From positions 36,742-100,741 of the forward strand of contig JAUCBJ010007231.1 in the NCBI GenBank assembly GCA_032718475.1: 64,000 nucleotides of DNA, read 5' to 3'. Of this stretch, positions 36,555 to 48,449 are shown one piece after another. Under the pieces are notes generated by a model. It was given only the letters and a program-made list of their open reading frames with translations. It was not told the DNA's origin and did no database searches. Each line of letters starts with the position of its first letter. Position 1 is the stretch's first letter. Made by a program: the position numbers and the translations under genes. The DNA comes from Nemertoderma westbladi. Lineage: Eukaryota; Animalia; Xenacoelomorpha.

Positions 36555-39135
36555 CTGCTCCTTATACCTTTTGTTTGCGGGAGTCTGCCTTTCCCTATCA
36601 CTCTATACCCTACCTCCGCATTACCCACGATGTTCTTTCAATGTATAATTGTAGTAGTAATAACGATAGAAAAACAATACTAGATCATAGATGTGACCTG
36701 ATTCGCATACATAGCTGTATTGTATATATTTAATATTGCAGATATATATATATGTATCTAATATTGTATATAATTAGGGTCTTATATAATTCCAGTCAGG
36801 CCAGGTATTCTAGGTCATTGATCAAGAAAACTTGCCACCTCCATGGAGCATAAAGGAGGTGCCACCTGTTGCTGCATAGACACTCTTACTAGAGCAAATC
36901 TGGTCCTGTGACCCCCTTTGTTCTGGGATAAGGACGCCCTTATTCCTGGATTAAGGACCCATAGACTTGGCTGCAAGGGTATATGGCCTGGCTAGGCAGA
37001 TGGTGATCTACCAATGGCAGGTCAGGAGTGGAGAGTTCTCATGTCCACTCTGAGTGCACTTCACTGCGACCTGCACCTGGCAGCAGGAGTACAGAGAATG
37101 GCCCAGCAGATGAGCTGCACAGCCAATGGTGGGTCATGTACGTCATAGTAGGTATAGGTGATGGGCCTCATATCTGACTCCACACTTTCTGGCCCAAACC
37201 ATGGATAACCAGTGAGTCCAGATTGTGAGGGGGGGGGGGGATTCTTGAGTTGGAGGCTACTCTCATGTTCCATCCCAACCATTGGTGTATCTGAGGCAAG
37301 TCAGTAGACTAGCCTCAGTTAACACCCTAGTACTCGGGTCCCCAATGTGACAAGGTGAGCTGACTGCCTTAGCATATAAGCTTTCTCTTACCGCAGTGGG
37401 TATTCAAGAGCACCGAATGCAGACTGGACATACTGATGAGGTTCTGATTAAGGACATGGGGTGGTTGGCGACTCGCCCTTGCATCAGCAGATGATAGTGG
37501 CAATGGTGGAAATAGTCTATTGATGAATCCAAATGCACATGCAGCATTGGACAAAATAGACCAAATCTCTAACTGCATCATCCATTGCCACTTCTCATGT
37601 GCTCAATCACCTACATTGCCCTGGGTCTATATATACTGATAGTGTTAACTGAAATTTCCGTCCATCTTCAAGATTTCATCTCTGGAAATAGATTGTTTTT
37701 GGCTGGAACCCAGTTCAAGAAGCGAACTGGAAAGCTATAGACTCATAGTGGACCCAGTGGTCACAAGTCCCAGATAGACCATATTCTGTTTCGTAGGAAA
37801 TATAGGAGCTCTATCTATACAAGACTGTGTACAAGACTGCCTTTTTCTCCAGTGATCACCGCCTTATTGTGGCTAAGGTAGTCTGAATGCTAGCAGAACA
37901 ACGAAATCTGCCTTGCCGCGGCAAGACTGGTCCTCTCTGTTGCAACAGCCAAGTGTAAGAAACGGCTTCGCACTTCAGCTGAGCAACAGGTATGAGGTTC
38001 TTGCCTCTGAGGCAGCAGATCACTGCGACTTCACAGAACCAGTTAAGTTAGCAGCTGCAGAAACAGTTCCTGTATACCCTCAAAACAGGAAAAAGGCCCC
38101 CTGGTCTGACCACAAAAATCAGAAGTGCCGAAATGACCTCTATAAGGCGCAGAAAGAGTCATGACTCAAACAGACTACCTCGGCCAAGAATGCAGTTAAG
38201 GCTGCATCTAGGTCACTAAACAGGAAGTACTCTGATAATCTACAGGAGCTCATAAACCAACAGGTTGATACCATCAATGATAGATGGTGTTCCCCCTGAG
38301 ATCTTTAAAATACCCGAGTGTTTAAAGCTCATCTACCCCATCATAGTAGACATGTACGTACAGAACAACAAGAGTCCCACAAGAAATGAAAACAAATAAG
38401 TTGGTACCAGTTCCCAAGAAGGGCAACCTAACACTCTATGGTTCTTTTCAGAGAATCTCATTGATCTCAATTGCTGCAAAGCTATACAATATAAATATAT
38501 TAAATCGCATCAGGGATCCCATTGAGAGACTGCTCCGGGGAAATCAGAATGGGTTCCACATCGGTCATGGGACCATGGAGCCCATTTTGGCACTTAGAAG
38601 GATAAAAAAAGATTTAAAAAATATCAAAAAAGAAAGAAAGGCATCTGGCATTCTTCTTCAAGGCCTTTGATTCAGTTTCTTACTCACGTATGTTCAGCAT
38701 ACTTTCATTATATGGGATTCCTGAGGAAATTATTGCAGCAATCAATGCGATGGTTCGACAACATTTGTGTCTACTTTTGATGGTGACACAGAATTATTTG
38801 AAGTGTTATGGGGATTCCTCCAGGGAGACAGACACACTTGCATGATTCTTGTTCATAATTGTGGTTGACTATGTTCTACACATGTCCTTAGATCATCATA
38901 ATGATGATGGGGTGATATATAAAATCTAATTGTAAGAGCCTAGAGTCTTATACCCCCCAAACTAACAAAAAATATAGAATCAGGACATTACACCCAAAGT
39001 AGTACTCCGCCCTAAGGCCATACAACACAAAACAATACAAACAAAAATGACATAAAACAAATATATTAAAACATGCTCAACATACAGGTATGTATCACAC
39101 CTTAACCCTAACCTAACCACCATACACTAAATGAT

Positions 39136-39591
39136 CAGCTCTGCTCTCGGGGCAAATACCACACCCTGGTTTGCCATTCCACAGGGTGGGTGTCGCAATG
39201 GAGTCAGATATGAGGCCCATCACCCATATCTACTCTGGCGCACATGACCCACCATTGGCTGTTGCAGCTCATCTGCTGGGTCATGCCCTGTACCCTTGCT
39301 GCCAGGTGCAGGTCGCAGTGAAGTGCTCTCAGAGTGGACATGAGAACACTCTACTCCTGACCAGCCATTGGTAGATCACCATCTGCCTGGTCAGGCCATA
39401 TACCCCTGCAGCCAAGTATATGGGTCCTTAATCCAGGACCAATGGCGTCCTTATCCCAGAACGAAGGGGGTCCTAATTACAGGACCAGATTTGCCCTAGT
39501 AAGAGGGTCTATGCAGCTACAGGTGGCACCTCCTTTATGCTGCATGGAGGTGGCAAGTTTTCTTGATCAATGACCTAGAATACCTGACCTG
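39136..39591 (-). mobile_element. RTE family A 5'-UTR-only insertion with 10-bp TSD
   Basis: Reverse complement of 36795-37183; actaaatgat at 39126-39135 and 39592-39601; empty site seen in the other array units. Confidence 0.85.
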
Positions 39592-41775
39592 ACTAAATGA
39601 TACTAGTAGTAAACTGCACTAAATATAAGCCTATATTCTATGGAAAAATATATGACATTTTGTCGCTGTAAAGGGGTAGGACTAGGGCAAAAATAATTAA
39701 TTTTATCAAAAATATGGTTGCGTTTCGGTGTCTGAGACCCAGTATGCGGTAATCTCGACACCTATCAGCTTGACAAAGGATTACCCAAGGCCTATCTATA
39801 TTGCACCAATGACCTAAAGAAATCGCACCATGAACTCTGTTACCACCTATCCCAAACAGACATCAGACCAACAGAACATTGGAACCCTATACAGTAAATA
39901 AATCAGTGATATCATGGGAAAATACTGATAGGTTGCTGGGGCGAACAACCACAGTATAAAAAAAAATATATTAGATTTTACAATTTGCAGTGAATGTCGG
40001 ATTTCTGCTCTACATTCCATAATATGATAATCTAATTTACTGACTAATGGGGGCTTGGTATATATATAAATTCTAATTGGAAGAACCTAGAGTCTTATAC
40101 CCCCCAAACTAACAAAAAATATAGAATCAGGACATTACGCCCAAAGTAGTACTCAGCCCTAAGGCCATCAAAAATCAACACAAACCAATACAAACAAAAA
40201 TGACATAAACAAAAAACAAATATATTAAAACATGCTCAACATACAGGTATGTATTGCACCCTAACCCTAACCTAACCGCCATACACTAAATGATACCGGT
40301 AGGAAACTGCACAAAAGCTAAGCCTATATTCTATGGAAAAATATATGACATTTTGTCGCTGTAAAGGGGTAGGACTAGGGCAAAAATAATTAATTTTATC
40401 AAAAATATGGTTGCGTTTCGGTGTCTGAGACCCAGTATGCGGTAATCTCGACACCTATCAGCTTGACAAAGGATTACCCAAGGCCTATCTATATTGCACC
40501 AATGACCTAAAGAAATCGCACCATGAACTCTGTTACCACCTATCCCAAACAGACATCAGACCAACAGAACATTGGAACCCTATACAGTAAATAAATCAGT
40601 GATATCATGGGAAAATACTGGTAGGTTGCTGGGGCGAACAACCACAGTATAAAAAAAAATATATTAGATTTTACAATTTGCAGTGAATGTCGGATTTCTG
40701 CTCTACATTCCATAATATGATAATCTAATTTACTGACTAATGGGGGCTTGGTATATATATAAATTCTAATTGTAAGAACCTAGAGTCTTATACCCCCCAA
40801 ACTAACAAAAAATATAGAATCAGGACATTACGCCCAAAGTAGTACTCAGCCCTAAGGCCATCAAAAATCAACACAAATCAATACAAACAAAAATGACATA
40901 AACAAAAAACAAATATATTAAAACATGCTCAACATACAGGTATGTATTGCACCCTAACCCTAACCTAACCGCCATACACTAAATGATACCGGTAGGAAAC
41001 TGCACAAAAGCTAAGCCTATATTCTATGGAAAAATATATGACATTTTGTCGCCGTAAAGGGGTAGGACTAGGGCAAAAATAATTAATTTTATCAAAAATA
41101 TGGTTGCGTTTCGGTGTCTGAGACCCAGTATGCGGTAATCTCGACACCTATCAGCTTGACAAAGGATTACCCAAGGCCTATCTATATTGCACCAATGACC
41201 TAAAGAAATCGCACCATGAACTCTGTTACCACCTATCCCAAACAGACATCAGACCAACAGAACATTGGAACCCTATACAGTAAATGAATCAGTGATATCA
41301 TGGGAAAATACTGGTAGGTTGCTGGGGCGAACAACCACAGTATAAAAAAAATATATTAGATTTTACAATTTGCAGTGAATGTCGGATTTCTGCTCTACAT
41401 TCCATACTAATGGGGGCTTGGTATATATATAAATTCTAATTGTAAGAACCTAGAGTCTTATACCCCCCAAACTAACAAAAAATATAGAATCAGGACATTA
41501 CGCCCAAAGTAGTACTCAGCCCTAAGGCCATCAAAAATCAACACAAACCAATACAAACAAAAATGACATAAACAAAAAACAAATATATTAAAACATGCTC
41601 AACATACAGGTATGTATTGCACCCTAACCCTAACCTAACCGCCATACACTAAATGATACCGGTAGGAAACTGCACAAAAGCTAAGCCTATATTCTATGGA
41701 AAAATATATGACATTTTGTCGCCGTAAAGGGGTAGGACTAGGGCAAAAATAATTAATTTTATCAAAAATATGGTT

Positions 41776-41831
41776 GCGTTTCGGTGTCTGAGACCCAGTA
41801 CGCGGTAATCTCGACACCTCATCAGCTGGAC
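41776..41831 (-). ncRNA. Hammerhead ribozyme with substrate strand embedded in loop II (decayed copies at 39720-39774, 40413-40467, 41106-41160)
   Basis: GUCCAG-CUGAUGA-GGUGUC-GAGAUUACC-GCGU-A-CUGGGU-CUCA-GACACC-GAA-ACGC. Confidence 0.7.
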
Positions 41832-43281
41832 AAAGGATTACCCAAGGCCTATCAAATATTGCACCAATGACCTAAATAAATCGCACCATGAACTCTGTTA
41901 CCACCTATCCCAAACAGACATCAGACCAACAGAACATTAAATAAACGAACAGTAAATAAATCAGTGATACCAATGGGAAAATACTAGTAGGTTGCTGGGG
42001 CGAACAACCACAGTATAAAAATATATATACCAAGCCCCCATTAGTCAGTATGTTGGTAAATTAGATTATCATATGATGGGGTGATGGTAACTCCGCCTAC
42101 TGACTCCAGAAGTGGCGAGGAAATCCTGCCAAGTACCTAAAGGATCTAGACTTTCTGATGACTTATGAGTACTCTCAGTGATGATGATGTTATGAGTACT
42201 CTTATGGCTCCTCGGCTCATTAGAACAGGCTGCTTCTAGTGTTGGTCTTTTTATTAACTCCAAAAAGACCAAAATTTTGACAGTTAACTTTGAAAGTCCT
42301 CAGCAAGTCTCTGACCAGATGAGCCTAAGCTCAAAAGATGGTATTCTTGAGCATGTGGACGACTTCTGTTACCTGGGATCATGGATCCGGAAATCAGGTG
42401 AGGACCTTCGAATACGTAAGGGAAAGGCATGGGCAGCCTTGAATAGAAGACTAGAAACTTAAGGTCCGATTATTTAGAGCAGCAGTAGTTCCAGTACTCC
42501 TCTACGGGAGTCCATGCTGGGCTCTAACTGCTGAGGACATCAAATCTCTGGATGGCACATTCGCAAGAATGCTACGCTGGGTTAACTGTGACAAATACAA
42601 ATACAATGCACACATCCCCAACCAGACACTATATAACATTGGAGGTGTCTTCTCATTGGTTTCCCCAAGCTTGACACTAGAACAAAGCTGCCCCTGCTTT
42701 GCAGGACATTGCTTTCATCATGAGGACCAGCCAGTGCATATTCTTGTGCTTTGACAGCCTCATGGAGTGAATAAGCATGGTGGACAGCCCATAACTTTCT
42801 TGAGACGCATCTTAATTAAAGGACACAGGCCTTGAAGATGCGGATGATCTAACAAATGTCATGGGTGATAGGGAGTTGTGGTGGTGTAATTTTGTCGATA
42901 AGCCAGCACAGCATTCTTAAAAATGCAGCATGCCGATCCTAGTAGTATATAATTAGGTATATAATTCTACCTAATTAACTAAAACTGCTAATTAACTATT
43001 AAGAAATGCCAAAAAATGTAAATTGATTAATTATTGAAGTATTTAAAATACATGTATAGAAAAATATTAATGAGCACAAATTGCCACAATTCCTAATTAT
43101 TATACACTGTATAATAATTGCTTAATAATAATTTGCATAATTGACTTATAAAACGTATTAAAAATGATCGATTCATTAAATATTACTTAGGCCTATAATC
43201 ATAAATTACATAATTAACTGAAAAAACTATTATTAAAAATTGATTAATTATTGATTAATACTTAGTGCTTCGTATAAAATG

Positions 43282-44472
43282 GATTTCGACGGATTTCGAC
43301 CAAGTAGATCAACAATAGCTCAGATATACTTGCACTACGGAGACTGATTGAAGGAATTAAGTCAAAGAATCTCCCCGCAGTCATGACTTTTGTGGACTTC
43401 AAGAAGGCATTCGACTCCATCCATAGAGGTAAAATGCTTGAAATCCTAAGATCTTATGGAATACCAGAAGTAATTGTTGCAGGCATTGGATTGTTATATT
43501 GTGATACAGAAGCGCAGGTACTCTCACCAGATGGTGAAACTGAGTTTTTCTCAATCCTGGCTGGCGTACTGCAAGGTGACACATTAGCACCATTACTATT
43601 TGTAATTGTGCTGGAATACGCAATGAGGACGGCCACAAAGGGTGAAGATCTGGGATTCACACTTCAAGAACGCAGAAGTAGTAGATATCCGGCAACTACA
43701 GTCACAGACACCGACTTTGCGGATGACATCGCCCTGCTCTCTAATACGCTAGCAGATGCACAGCTTCTACTAAATAAAGTGGAGAGGGCTGCTAAAGAGG
43801 TTGGATTGCATATAAATGCTACCAAGACCGAATTCATGACCTTTATTTAATGTTGATGGAAACTTGACAACCATTGATAATAATCAACTAAGGAAGGTCG
43901 ATGACTTCCAGTACCTTGGATCATGGATAGAGAGTAGCAAAAAGGACATAGAAGTTAGGAAAGCAAAGGCTTGGGTAGCTCTATCAAAAATGGATACCAT
44001 CTGGAAATCAGATCTCTCCAGGCACCTGAAGACTAAGTTCTTTCGAGCCACAGTGGAAAGACAATTTTTATACGGCGGTGAGACCTGGACACTGACTAAA
44101 TCACTTGAACAACGAATTGATGGTTGCTACACAAGACTACTAAGGGCAGCCCTAAACATCAGCTGGAGACAACACATGACAAACGCCGAGCTTTATGGTA
44201 CAATACCACCTGTATCAACCACCCTCCGTGAACGCAGATTAAGATTCAGTGGGCACTGCTGGCGAAGTAAAGACGAGGTCATACCAGATCTACTTCTCTG
44301 GCAACCAACTCATGGAAAGCGTAGTCGTGGACGACCTGCCATAACATATATAGATCAACTTGAAAGGGATACTGAACTTGGGAGAAACGAAATTGCGACA
44401 ACTATGGAGAATCGGGAAGCCTGGAAGGATCTCATTTCCACTGTCCGAGTTCGCTCGACCTAGTAGTAGTAG
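43282..44472 (+). mobile_element. 5'-truncated RTE family B copy, one frameshift
   Basis: FVDFKKAFDS, GVLQGDTLAP, DFADD, FQYLGS, GKRSRGRP; (tag)n tail; 12-bp TSD tcgtataaaatg at 43270 and 44473. Confidence 0.95.
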
Positions 44473-44849
44473 TCGTATAAAATGCCCCAATTCCACGTGA
44501 GTTGTTGGGCTTCAGGTCGACGTATAGAACTGGACTTCCTCGTGGATAATTTCATTCCCATCGAGCAGGACCGAGACCGTGTTTTATCCACCACTGAAGT
44601 ACTGGTGTTTACTGAGTCTCAAATGTGATAGTACCATTATGGGGAGCACCACTGACTTGGGTACTTTTGGAAAGTACAGGCAGTGAATGCTGGTGGTACA
44701 TCCATTGGTACTGTTTGTTGGGGTTTGCTGTGGTATGGGTGTTGGGTTCGGTTTGCATGATGATGTTTAAACTGGATGTTCCAAGATACCAGAATCTTTT
44801 GCATGATGATGTTTAAACTAGATGTTCCAAGATACCAGAATCAGAGGAA

Positions 44850-45100
44850 GTCCTCCACAATCCATATCGGTGCAACTCAGCCACCCATGGTTTACCGGAT
44901 CATCTATACTTGGATCATACAGTACTTGAAGGAGGGCGGGTAGCATTCACAAGGACAGGACTAAACTTACTCCAATGGAGATGGGTCACTGGTCTCTAAT
45001 TCCGAGAGAAAACAGACTTTGTTCATGCCGCAGTCCACCACAGACAGACAATCATATCTTCTATACATGCCTGCTGACCATTGAAGAACATTCGACAATG
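44850..45100 (+). mobile_element. Degenerate RTEX-like 3' fragment
   Basis: RVAFTR..RENRLCSC..QTDNHI..C resembles the C-terminus of ORF 19936-21954. Confidence 0.45.
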
Positions 45101-45299
45101 ACTTGTTTTACATAAATGTAGGTTTGGCCGTTACAGGTGGGATAATGTAGTGAGGTTCTGGTTAATTCTATATCCTATTGGTTTAGTGGTTGTCAGAATC
45201 ATGTTTAGTTGGAATTCCCAGTTTGATAAAGAATTTCCAACTAGGATGATGCATCGTGTTACCACTGTGCAACTAATGGATACACTGTAAGATCAATGT

Positions 45300-45930
45300 A
45301 AACCATCATGTAATGTTTCCCAGCTAGTGTGAACAGTCAGATGAAACCTGTTTGAATCGATGTGTTTGTAAATGTTCAGTTTTATAGTTGCTTTGGGTGA
45401 GCTCTCTTGCTAACTATTCAACAAATACTATGCCAACTATTTTCGCTTGGATTGTAGTGAAAGTAACTGCGTTCAATGTCATTATCGCTCACTGAAGTCT
45501 ATAATCTGGTTAGCCTACCAGCGACAAGGGTGAGGCAATCTGCTATAAGATATTTTTACCCGGTGCCATTTAACAGTAAATAGTAGCTTTGAAAAATTGC
45601 AGTTCAATGATGTCTACTTGGTTTAATGTATAGCTGTCAAATATAAGTAGATGTGGTCTTTATTCTGTTACAACTTCGAATGGGGGTAACCCGGCAAAGT
45701 AGATGATGACATTTTGAGATTGCATATTTAATTAATTGCCAATGCCTCTATTCCCGCCCATAGTGACACCATCAGTAAGGTACTGACTACCACATAATTA
45801 ATTGCCATTGGTTGTTGTTGTTTTGTAACAGACTGTATCCAATTTTCGCAGGAGGAGGGATCAAATACTGCTAATATCGGAGGTTTACTTAATTTGGACT
45901 TTGTATTATTTAACAATTTGGAATGGGTTG
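45300..45930 (-). mobile_element. Degenerate Gypsy RNase H/integrase fragment
   Basis: KSKLSKPPILAVFDP, PFEVVTE, Y...KWHRVKNI..DCL and H.G remnants. Confidence 0.55.
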
Positions 45931-46265
45931 CATATGAATAAGTTATTTGTTTTTTTTAGTAATGTTACATTGTTTATAGTAAGTTTGTTGTTATGTTTAT
46001 TTATACCCTTGCATGGATTTGTATTTACTATCTTTTAAATTTATTAGTTGGTTAATTTTTCATGGCATTATATGTATTATGTAATGATATTTTAGATTGA
46101 TTTTGTTCAGAAATTGACAAAATTATGTCTTCATGTTTGGTGGCTGATTCAGCTATCCCAAGAACAAAAAAAATTTTAATAATATTTCATGTAATTTTGT
46201 TATTGAATCTTTACTACCCAAAGTAAAGTGACATTAAAATTTAATTATTTTTAATTTCTTTCTAG

Positions 46266-46550
46266 TACCGTGGGCTGGCTCGTTTACCTCACCATGTCAC
46301 ACCAACTTCCTCGGATATGTTTCGCTAATGAGACAGAACGGCATTGACAATTATAGACAATGCATGGCAGGATGTGGTACTGATACACAATGTTCAGCTG
46401 CTGTATGGGCCTGGGACGATGAAGATTTAACTGACAAATTATGTTTGTTCGAAAATCCAAACCATTCTGACACAACGCTCAGTAGTATCATTAACATATA
46501 TGGAGATAATGTGGCATTCATGGACAAAAAGGACAATGTCGAATTTATAT
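46266..46550 (+). CDS. Host gene exon 2: second PAN/apple-like module
   Basis: Polypyrimidine + AG at 46264-46265; C..QCMAGC.....CSAAVW....C; GTAAGT donor; phase 1-1. Confidence 0.85.
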
Positions 46551-46640
46551 GTAAGTTGGTTTTACTAATTATTCATTTTATATCAAATATTTTCTCATAA
46601 TTAGATTCAATAATTGATAATTGTATGTTTTAATACTCAG

Positions 46641-46772
46641 GCCCAGTAGAGGATCCCTGCAATTCCTGTAACCAAACCGGTATAGAATACGACTGTAAGA
46701 TAACAAGAGGATTAGTTACCGACTGCTGTGCTAATAGGTACATTCTTGATGAAAGCGATGGTTCTTGTAAAG
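46641..46772 (+). CDS. Host gene exon 3: EGF-like module
   Basis: cag acceptor, GTTAGT donor; CPVEDPCNSC..C..DCCANRYILDESDGSCK; phase 1-1; absent from the ORF track. Confidence 0.82.
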
Positions 46773-47669
46773 GTTAGTTTTCTTGAATGTAGTTTTGTGA
46801 AGAAAGTTTATGAGTTGAATCTTACCTTACATACAATTTTTATACTTGGTATGAAACCCAAAGACAAGTGTATCAGGGCCTCCAAAACCACAGAACATAA
46901 AGTTATGGTTATTGAACTGGTTTCTGGTTATGGTTGGCTGAATGCAAGATTTCAACAAGTTATAACAGAAACTAAATATACCAGTTTAAAGGGGGGGGGG
47001 GGGGGGGTAACCCCCACCCCCCCTGGTGTTTTTTTTATTTGTTTATATCTCCAATATGATTGAAGAATGCGCAGAAAACTATATACCATCGAAAAGAGAA
47101 TGAACTAAAGTAAATACAAATGTGAAGAAAAAAATTTTTTAGCGCCCCCTAGCGGCTGGCGTGAGATTTAAAAATATTCGCCAAAAAGACTACTCCGTTA
47201 TTTTCCATTTTCATTTTTCGATACCACATTTTTTGGAACCAGCATGTTAAATTTCATCATATTCTTCGGCCACTATTTTTTTTTTCATTTTTTATTTCTA
47301 ATAATTGGCAATTTTGTAAAAAAAAATTCAACATTTTTTAAAAATTAAAAAAATCCACATTTTTTTATGTTTTTTCTTTAAAAAAATGTGGAAATATTCT
47401 GAAATCAAAAAAAGTGGCCCAAGAATATTAAAGTTTATTCAATTTCCTTTCATAAAAATCAAAAATCCCAAAAAAAATGGCGGAGGAGTAGTGTTTATTG
47501 TGTGAAAAAATGTAATTCCGAGATAATTGCCTTTAAAGTTTAAACCTTCCCGCCAATTATTTTATGTGAAAATGAAAGAATATTTGATAAAGTAAGTCTG
47601 CCTATGCGGAAGGATACCACACCAAAATACTACAATAAGAAAACGAGAATTCGATACGGAGAATTCATT

Positions 47670-48200
47670 TCTGATGTCAGTTTTCAATTTTTTGGAAAAT
47701 TTAGTCTTCTATCTGATGTCTGTCTGTGAGTCAGTTTGTCTGTTGGTCGGTCTGTCCGTCAAAATATATTAATTCGCACAAAAATAGCTACAAATTTCTC
47801 TATGGGGTTTTCGTGGTCGGTAATTTTATTGCCGATGTCAGTTTTCCATTATTTGCAAAATCTAGTCTTCTAACTGACTATTTAATGTCTGTCTATGAGT
47901 CAGTTTGTCTGTCGGTCTGTCCGTCAAAATATAATAATTCGCAGAAAATAGCTAACAATTTCTCTATGGGGGTTTTCGTGGTAGGAAATTTCAATGCTGA
48001 TGTCAGTTTTCCATTTTTTCCAATATCTAGTCTTCTAAATGACTATCTGTCTGTCTATTAGTCAATTTGTCTGTCGGTCTGTCCGTCAAAATATAATAAT
48101 TCGGAGAAAATAGCTAAATATTTCTCTATGGGGGTTTTCGTGGTCGATAATTTCATTTCCGATGTCAGTTTTCGTAATTAGCTGAATCTTGTCTGTCTAT
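47670..48200. repeat. ~163-bp subterminal tandem repeat in the Kolobok
   Basis: gatgtcagttttc at 47673, 47834, 47999, 48161. Confidence 0.85.
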
Positions 48201-48449
48201 CTAGGGTCTGTATGACTGCAAAAATATTTGACGGACAGTCCGACAGACAGACAGTCGAGATTCCACAAAATATTCAAGCTACCTACATAAATTATGATTT
48301 GAACAATAATATTAATTAATATAACATCAATTTATTAGTGCAAATATAAGTGCTGTTCTCTTTTGAATTAGAATCCACCTGTACAATATGACGTGCTATC
48401 TTGTAGCTCTATTAGTTTAGTTTTCGTGGCGTAGTGATCAGCTCTCCGT

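Larger units (their letters stand above)
32444..36643. mobile_element. Penelope-like element remnant with inverted pLTRs (32444-~32750 on -; ~33095-33137 plus ~36400-36643 on +), containing later LINE insertions
   Basis: ~200-bp inverted repeat; ataattgtag duplicated at 32434-32443 and 36645-36654; hammerhead motif in both arms; HDGFTILPA*RPVI remnant resembling a PLE endonuclease C-terminus at ~32700-32740 (-). Confidence 0.75.
38917..42072 (-). mobile_element. Non-coding ~690-bp tandem array (4 units) with inverted terminal segment and 13-bp TSD; PLE/retrozyme-like
   Basis: Periods 693 and 670 bp; TSD atgatggggtgat at 38904-38916 and 42073-42085; 42021-42072 is an inverted piece of the unit; a hammerhead core in each unit. 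Confidence 0.88.
36792..42945 (+). mobile_element. Degenerate full-span RTE family A LINE (36792-38916 and 42073-42945) split by the tandem array
   Basis: Structured 5' UTR; EN remnants SQIDHILFRRK and SDHRL; RT pieces; (tag)n tail; tatataatt at 36783 and 42946. Confidence 0.88.

Noticed and set aside
37017-37110. HDV-like ribozyme in the RTE 5' UTR (gcaggtc/gacctgc as P1)
   Set aside because: L3, P1.1 and J4/2 do not fit, and the second copy (39136-39591) breaks the putative P1. None was found by eye in 13050-13417 either.
40272-41817. Three repeated 60-aa ORFs (MSRLPHTGSQ...)
   Set aside because: Non-ATG starts, no recognisable domain, and they overlap the ribozyme motif; a by-product of the tandem repeat.
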